From the NCBI GenBank assembly GCA_951406725.2, contig OX597819.1, positions 60,884,001 through 60,948,000 of the forward strand: a stretch of 64,000 nucleotides of DNA, read 5' to 3'. Shown here in pieces: positions 56,104 to 64,000 of the stretch. Source of the DNA: Octopus vulgaris (lineage: Eukaryota). A model generated the notes under the pieces. It had not been told where the DNA came from. It did no database searches and saw nothing but the letters and a program-made list of their open reading frames with translations. Each line of letters starts with the position of its first letter. Position 1 is the first letter of the stretch. The position numbers and the translations under genes were made by a program.

Positions 56104-56373
56104 GGCCCCCACTCCCCAAAAATTTCGAGCCTTGTGCCTGGAGCAGAAAAGGATATTCTCTGATGTTATGAATTAACAAGTTTTGCCAAACAATATTTGT
56201 GTATATAATATTTTTATTAAATTTCAAACCTTCATGATTGGGATGCTCGTGAAATAACTTGGGGTGATTTGAACTCAGAACTTAATGCTTTGGTGCGAAA
56301 TAACTATCGCATGTGATGAGCTGCGCTGCTTTTGAGTTTTTCTAAAATGATTCTTATTATAAAGACAAACAAG

Positions 56374-57357
56374 ATGGCGAGTTGGTCGAATCTTTAGCAC
56401 TCCGGACAAAATGTTTAACGGCATGGCATTTCGTCTTCATGATCTGAATTTAAATTTCGCCGAGGTCGACGACAAAGTCTTTCATTCTTTCGCGGTGGAT
56501 AAAATAAGTACCAGTTACACAATGAGGTCGATATAATCGACTTAACCCCCTCTCCCCCGAAGGTGCTGACTTTGTACCAACATTTGAAATCCTTATTAAG
56601 ACATGTAGAAGGCAGCGAGCTGTTAGAATCGTTTTCATGTTCGATAAAAATGCATAGCTGTATTTTCTTCTGGTTTTATGTTTGGAGTTCAAATTTCACC
56701 GGAGTCGACTTTGCTTGTTATCCATTCGGGGGTCAAAAAAATGAATACTAGTTGAGCACTGGAATCGATGTAACCGACTACTATAGCCTCGAATGACCAA
56801 AGCCTTGTGAGTGGACTCAGAACGGAATGTAACCGACTACCTATTTCTTTACTACCCACAAGGGGATAAACACTGAGAGGACAAACAAGGACAGACAAGC
56901 GGATTAAGTCGATTATATCGACCCCAGTGCGTAACTGGTACTTATTTAATCGACCCCGAAAGGTTGAAAGGCAGAGTCGACCTCGGCGGAATTTGAACTC
57001 AGAACGTAACAGCAGACGAAATACTACTAAGCATTTTGCCCGGCGTGCTTTTTTTTTAAGAAGAAAGGCAAAGTCGACCTCGGCGGAATTTGAACTCAGA
57101 ACGCAACGGCAGATGAAATACCTATTTCTTTGCCACTCACAAGGGGCCAAACACAGAGAGGACAAACAAGGACGGACAAACGGATTAAGTCGATGATACC
57201 CCCCCCCCAGTTCGTGACTGATACTTAATTTATCGACCCTGAAAGGATGAAAGGCAAAGTTGACCTCGGCGGAATTTGAACTCAGAACGTAACGGCAGAC
57301 GAAATACGGCTACGCATTTCGCCCGGCGTGCTAACGATTCTGCTAGCTCGCCGCCTT
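56374..57357. mobile_element. SINE family B cluster (+,+ then - tandem)
   Basis: Family-B bodies in both orientations; head at ~57345-57356. Confidence 0.85.
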
Positions 57358-57911
57358 GAATTGATCTAACCGACAACCTTCTTTCCCACCAAAAAAAGAA
57401 AAACAAAAGAAAAAAAAAATTCAAGCCTTGTACATATAGTAGGAAGAATTATAAAGCGAAGTCGTTGATTGGCTAGCTCCCTCATGATCGGCAACAAAGA
57501 ATAATTCTGAGAAAATTCTTTGTTTTGTCAACAGGAAATAACGGCGGGCACCGATTCAGTTGAGAAAGCATAACAAGCGTTAACCAACTGACCCAATACC
57601 AGCATACTTGACACATCTTTGCGAAGAGCACTGATTCATTTTGGACATCCGTTTCAGGCCGAACAATATGGTCAACAGCAGCTGTCACGTGATGTCTAGG
57701 AGGTTCTTGATTGGTTATAAATGACAAGACTTCTATGTGCTCACAATTATGTACTTACATACTTCTGACTTCAGGCAATTTTTTGAGTGTATTACGAAAA
57801 ATTTCGTGCATGTGTGCGCGCACGCACGGATACTTATACGTATGTAATGCATATAAGTTTGATGTGTGCGTGCGTGTTTGAGCGCGCGCATATATATATA
57901 TATATATATAT

Positions 57912-58235
57912 TCTTGTTTCAGTCTTTGACTGCGGCCGAGCTGGGGCACTGCCTTGAAATTTTATTTGCCGGTACTTATTTTTTTATAGTCTGGTACTTA
58001 ATTTATCGATCTCTTTTGCCAAATCACTAAGTTGTGGGGACATATACACACTAGCACCGGTTGTCAAGCGGTGGTGGTAGGCAAATACAGACACAAAGGC
58101 ACACACACATACACACACACACATGACGGGCTTCTTTCAGTTTTTGTCTATCAAATCCACTCACAAGTCTTTTGACGGTCCAAAGGTGCCACACAGTGAG
58201 ACTGAACCTTGAACCACGAGGCTGGAACGGCAAAC
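57912..58235 (-). mobile_element. SINE family A (diverged), followed by (TATC)n to ~58410
   Basis: Tail, spacer, GACGGGCTTCTTTCAG, AAGGTGCCACACAGTGAGACTGAACC. Confidence 0.8.
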
Positions 58236-58237
58236 TA

Positions 58238-58285
<48 letters not shown>

Positions 58286-58351
58286 GTTCTATCTATCTAT
58301 CGTTCTATCTATCTGTCGTTCTATCTATCTGTCGTTCTATCTATCTGTCGT

Positions 58352-58408
<57 letters not shown>

Positions 58409-58504
58409 ATGTCTGCCTGTCTGTTTGTCTAGATGTAGTAGAAGTAGTAGTCTATGTATCTAGTAATAATAGTAGTAGTAGTAGTGGTACTAGTAGTAAT
58501 AATA

Positions 58505-58622
58505 ATAAATGATAAACCAGATATTGTGCTCATCGATAAAGATGAAAAAGAGGTTAAGGTCATAGATGCTGCGACATCTGTTGATTTGAAGGTGAAAGAT
58601 AAAGAACTAGAAAAGATATCCA
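58505..58622 (+). pseudogene. R4/Dong-type restriction-like endonuclease fragment
   Basis: [22 protein letters not shown]...KVKDKELEKI matches the RPD-x-D..K RLE motif; begins at a (TAG/TAA)n run. Confidence 0.65.
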
Positions 58623-59465
58623 TTGTGCTACATGGTTTTGGGATGGGGTGCGCTTCATATATAATAAAAAAATATGAGCTCATAGTTGTTCAGTTCTAAT
58701 TTCGATGAATATTTAACTCGTAATTCAAGTGCTGAATGTCAGCACTTTGAGCACAAGGTGTCAAATATGAACACCAGATCATTTAGCAATCAGCATTAAG
58801 GATCAGATCATCTGGTATCTGTTATCTCTAAGAGCCGTGCGATTTATTAAAAAGATGATTAAAGTTTCCATTTTATTTTTAAATGGCTATGTCAGAGTAC
58901 CAACACAAGGAGTTTGGATGGAGGAATTATCAGAGGGTCAAATAAGATACCTTGCGTTATGTATTCCGGCTCTTTGCCTACTTATGTCCTTTTGTATACA
59001 ATGTATCAAATCCGACGCCTTGTGGTTTGACGGCACTTTGTGTGAAAGAAATTAAATTTGACGCCTTGTGGTATCTATTTCAGCGCTCTGTGAATGTCAG
59101 CACTTTGAGCACAAGGTGTCAAATACGACGCTTTGCGATCTGTAGTCCGGCTCGCGAAATTTTTTCCCACGCGAGTTCCGGACCACAGTAAAGTACTCAT
59201 TTGCAAACAGTCAATCAGAGCTCACCATTCCCTTGTCAAATTAACAAATGTTGGCATTCAAAATGGCGGCCTCCGATTACCACGCGAATCTTGTATTGTA
59301 CTTTTTCAGATGCCAATATCATCGATACTGAACACAAACGCTTGTTAGCGGGAGGTTCAAATTACTATAGCAATCAAAGATAATGTTTTGGACGAGTATG
59401 AAAGTACGAAAACTGCTTGAAGGTTTTATAAATACACTGTTGTCAATATTCTGAAAATAACACCC

Positions 59466-59585
59466 CCGCCGAGATCGACTTTGCATTTCATCCTTTCGGG
59501 GTCAATAAATTTAAGTACCAGTTGCGCACTGGATGCGATCTAATCGACTGGCCCCTCCCCAAAAATTCCGGGCCTTGTGTAGGAA
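59466..59585 (+). mobile_element. SINE family B, 5'-truncated short-tail copy
   Basis: CCGCCGAGATCGACTTTGCATTTCATCCTTTCGGGG...TGGCCCCTCCCCAAAAATT. Confidence 0.85.
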
Positions 59586-61009
59586 AAAATATTTGTAAAC
59601 AACGTGTTATGTCTCCGGTAATTTTATTTCATGTTATTAAATCTTATTTAGCTGTTATTTTTAGCACACCTTACAACCACCAATGTTTAATGCAAATGCG
59701 ATAAACAACACGTTACATGCGATAAACACATTAAAACTTTTAACAGGAAGATTTAGAATTAGTTCTCCGGTAATTTTTTTCATGTAAATAAATGTTTATG
59801 TTAATTTAAAAGAGAAAAACAGTTAGTTTTAAATCTGAGCGTGATGTTGGCAATAAGCTTAAATTTAAAAGATTTACCCCCCAAATCTTATTTAGCTGTT
59901 ATTTTTAGCACACGTCACAACCATCTCAATGCTAGTGACAAAAAGAAACAAACATTAACCTTGACGGAGAAGTTGCTGTCTGCCAGTAGAGAGAGAAAGA
60001 GTAAAGAATGCACGGTACTGACTAGAAAGGATAAAGGTGGCTCTGCTCTGGTTGGCTATATTCAATTAAGTTCATTACTGACGGCCCTTTGTGTACTGGG
60101 TATCAAATAAATTATCCTGCAGTATCTGTTCCGGCTCTTTGTGAAATAACAGCAATGCTTGCGGTAACACTGTTAGTTAGTCTCTATCGGTCCAAGTCGG
60201 CGACGTTTTCTTTTGGATAACTTCAGTGGCTTGGACAGAAGAAGACTTGCATGCATGGGCAACAGATAGTCTTCCACACACACATACACACGCACACAGA
60301 CACCATCTCCACACACAATAGAGCAGCAGCCATTACCTTGTAGCGCTCATTCGAATCCGAACCGCCAGGTGGCCGAGTATACATCATGATCAAACCACAG
60401 TGATGATGATCAAACCATTATGCAATCAGTCAGCGGCAAGCCATCACGTGATTCAATTTTCTAGAACTTTATCTTTAGACCCTATAAAACGGCGGTTTTT
60501 GGCGGTAATCGCAAAATGTTGAGACAGCCGCACGTCGTCTCCATTCTCATCACCACCCAGCCGATTAAGACAGCAGATAGCAGACAGGAATTTCCGTCGC
60601 CCCGAATATAGCGCAATTATTTTCGAGTTGTAATGGACCAGCCACAGATTTCTATATCAGTTAACTTGTAAACCCCAAGCAGTATGTCCCTTTCTGCATG
60701 TAATTACTGATGTTAGTTTTTGCAAAAGACCATAACGGTTAAAACTATGTGCAGTAATAAAGTCTTCTCTTAATTGTTCGCCGATGTTACTAGTCACTTC
60801 TCGCAGCCCAAGAAATACATTGTCATTCACTACCGCGAGACTTGCAACAGCAACTACCACGGCAACCAAACACGCAACAACTATTTACAAGGATTTCGTG
60901 ACCGGTGGATGGATGGATGAGAGATAGTTACTCTTAGACTGAAGCTTAACGCCGAATTCTTGCATTGTTGTGGACCCCACTTCAAGTAATCAAGGGCCCA
61001 GTGGTAAAA

Positions 61010-61226
61010 TCAGTTTCAAACTCTGGCAGAAGGCCAGTAATTTTGAGGGAGGGGTTAAGTCGATTATATCGACCTCAGTAGTCACGTGGTACTTATTTTA
61101 TCGACCCTAAAAGGATTAAAGGCGAAGTCGACCTCGATGGAATTTAAACTCAGAACGTAAAAAAACCGACGAAATGCCGCAAAACATTTTGTCCAGCGTG
61201 CTAATGGTTTTGCCATCTCGCAGCCT
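61010..61226 (-). mobile_element. SINE family B (diverged)
   Basis: GTCGATTATATCGACC...GGCGAAGTCGACCTCG...AACTCAGAACG. Confidence 0.8.
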
Positions 61227-61709
61227 TACCCAGTGGTACTATTAAACCATTTACACACTGTCTACCATACAAGAACAATCAGGATTCAACACAGTTTCTG
61301 TCTACACAATTTCAGTTTCAGGGCTTTGGTTAAACCAAGGTTTATGGGAGAATCACATATCAAGGTGCCGAGCTTTGAGATCGAACCGGGTACCATTTAG
61401 TTGTGATGTAACCTTCTTAAGCACACCACCATGTCTGCAACAATGGAACCGTAATCAACACCACGAATTTGAGACGTAATTAACAGCAAGTAATCTTTAT
61501 TAAACACTAGTTTTTAAGAGTCCTTCAGTGACATATATCAAAGCTAGAGCGGACCCCACTGTTACAGCTAGTCTGGAATATAGGGGAGCTATCAAAAAGA
61601 AAAAAAAAAAAGCGTACAAATATATAACAAATTAAACAAATGTCTGTGAGCAGAATAAAATCCCGTCACCTCCTTGTTGATGTAGAACAAATGTTATGTA
61701 ATACATATG

Positions 61710-61752
<43 letters not shown>

Positions 61753-62735
61753 ACATGCACATATGTATATATATATATATACATACATATGTATGCATGC
61801 ATACGTATATATATTTATATATGTATTTTATATACATATGTGTGTGTGTGTATATATATATATACATATATATATATAGACGCATACGTATGTATCACAC
61901 ACACACACACACGTGCTATATTACATTAAGGGTGAGTGATTAGTCATTTCCCGTTATTCTATTAATTTCTCATAGAGTTCCCCCCTTTTTTATGTTGTTC
62001 TATTACCATTAACCCCAACCCAGCCGCTCTCATAATGAAATCACTTGAAACAGTTCTTCATTAAACAACATATCTGACACTTGTTCATCATGCTATTGTT
62101 TGCTGTCATTTTTTTTTGTTCTTTTTCTTTCTCTTTCTTTCTCTTTTCTTTACAATACACCGAGCATGCGCGCACGTACTTAAATTTTGTTTATTACTAC
62201 TTAATAGGATGAATACAACTTCAGTATATCGACAGCATTCGTCGTCTTCGTCCTTCTCCTCCTCCTGCACCCCTTCTTCTTCTTCTTCTTCTTCTTCTTC
62301 TTCTTCTTCTTCTTCTTCTTCTTCTTCTTCTTCTTCTTCTTCTTCAACATCGTCGTTGTCATCATCACCACAATCTACGGCGACAATATCAATGTTGTGT
62401 GATCCCTCGAGAGACTCACTACATGCGTGTTAGACCTGCTAGGCTTCGCAGCGAAATCTCCCTCAAATTGTACAACCTGTCGTCTTAACTACAGGACAAA
62501 TACATCGAACAATATAGTCGCTAAATAATCGACAAGACGTGCTTGCCGTGGCTGGAACACCTTTGAAAATAAGTCTGCACGATCAGAGTAGGACTGGGAC
62601 TCAACAACAACATATCAATGATCATGAAACTTAATCTCGGGGCTGGTGGTTCGATCCCTTTTTGGGCGAATGTATTTCCTTTTTCGAGAGCTGTGGATGA
62701 GTAGCGTTAGAGAACACATAGTATTTATTCTATTG

Positions 62736-63064
62736 CAGAGGTTCTAAACCATTCTTTTGGCCTATGGACCACTTTGGTTGCTATTCTATTCTGGTGAGCA
62801 CCCATAGCTATTCGATGTTTATGGCGACTTCTTTCAAAATTCCTATTTTGTTTTTCACATATTCACTTGTGCCGGTTGAACAATGTAAAATGCTAGAAAA
62901 AGAAACCAAACTCTTTCTAGTAATAAATACAGTGAAATCGAATTTTTTTCATAGACCCTTAAAATACTGCTGTGGATCCCCAATTTACTGTTTTGCGTGT
63001 GTGGACCTCCAAAAGTCATTCATGGACCCCCAGGGGTCATATTGACCCCAGTTGAGAACCACTG
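62736..63064. mobile_element. hAT MITE
   Basis: CAGAGGTTCTAAAC / GTTGAGAACCACTG; TSD TTCTATTG / TTCTGGTG (6/8). Confidence 0.7.
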
Positions 63065-63409
63065 TTCTGGTGCTTGACTTTCTGAGTTCAAATTCTGCTG
63101 ATGTCAAAATCGGCCTTTCATCCCTCTGAGGGTCGATAGAATTAAGTACCAGTCATAAGGGAGTTAGTCAATGACTAATCCCGATTCCATATCTCAGGAC
63201 TTGTCTACGAGAAACGATGACAAGAATCGGTAGGGCATCGGAAAAATTACCTTGTAATTTCCCTCGTCCTTTAAGTCTCTTTTGTTCTTATTTCTCTGAT
63301 GTCGCTAAAGTAGCTTTCCAGTCATAAGTGGGGATTAGTTAATGATATTGACTTGACAAACCACTTTCCCAGATTCCAAACCTTGTGTATACAATACAAT
63401 GCATAGCAG

Positions 63410-63572
63410 AATTTCGCCCGTTGTTATATTCTGGGTTCAAATTCTGCCGAGGTCGACTTTACCTTTCATCTTTTAGGGGTCGATAAATTAAGTACCAGTG
63501 AAACACTGGGGTTGATGTGATTGACGAGTCCTCTCCCCAAAAATGTCAGACCATGTGCCTATAGTAGAAAAG

Positions 63573-63575
<3 letters not shown>
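63410..63575 (+). mobile_element. SINE family B (diverged)
   Basis: GGGTTCAAATTCTGCCGAGGTCGACTTTACCTTTCATC...AAGTACCAG. Confidence 0.8.
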
Positions 63576-63600
<25 letters not shown>

Positions 63601-63605
<5 letters not shown>

Positions 63606-63854
63606 TAGTTTTATTTTTATAACGTGCTTTCGCTTCACTATCAAACACAGCTCTGTGTGCCTTGGGTATGTGCTATGGTTTGCTGTGATGCTCTTATGGT
63701 TACTGTATTGAAAGTGTTTTGTGTAGGATGTGTGCAGTGCCCAGTAGTGCAATTTTATGTATGTAGCATATATTTGTAAGTCCTGGTATTTTTATGTATT
63801 TGTCTGAATATTTTTTATCATACCTAATGCACCCACTATGATAGGAATTGTTTC

Positions 63855-63858
<4 letters not shown>
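63601..63858 (-). mobile_element. 3' end of an R4/Dong-type non-LTR element inserted in (TAA)n
   Basis: Minus strand TETIPIIVGALGMIK...KIALLGTAHIL...SIQ* plus 3' UTR; (TTA)n on both sides. Confidence 0.8.
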
Positions 63859-63914
<56 letters not shown>

Positions 63915-64000
63915 CTGGGCAAACAGTGCCGTATCATCCAGATCTTATGTAGATAAGGTATTTGTAGGCCAGCAGATAGGAATAGCATAGGTTGTCCACA

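Overview
AT-rich, repeat-saturated animal genomic DNA, intergenic or intronic. The SINE families and (TA/TATG/CA)n load look like octopus/coleoid cephalopod; this is inference from recalled repeat families, not a database result. No host protein-coding gene can be supported, and nearly all long ORFs in the track are microsatellite translation artefacts. Real coding remnants are all from transposons: a decayed L1/Tx1-type LINE (12.2-14.7 kb), a DD37D/maT Tc1-mariner (16.7-17.9 kb), an RTE 3' part with three C2H2 fingers (22.5-23.6 kb), two tail-to-tail CR1-type LINEs and a Neptune-like Penelope with a hammerhead-like motif (41.9-47.9 kb), a complete non-autonomous Helitron, R4/Dong-type fragments, and hAT, pogo and mariner MITEs. 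Two tRNA-derived SINE families (called A and B here) occur in dozens of copies. Main structural observations: (1) SINE-A shares a covarying 3' stem-loop with the CR1, and SINE-B shares its 3' tail with the Tx1-like LINE, giving two candidate SINE/LINE partnerships in one window. (2) SINE-B joins into its own head and forms 184-bp tandem arrays with ABAB higher-order structure. (3) The 13.6-kb microsatellite/retroelement cluster appears to sit inside the internal spacer of one split SINE-A. (4) Several insertions are fold-back (palindromic).
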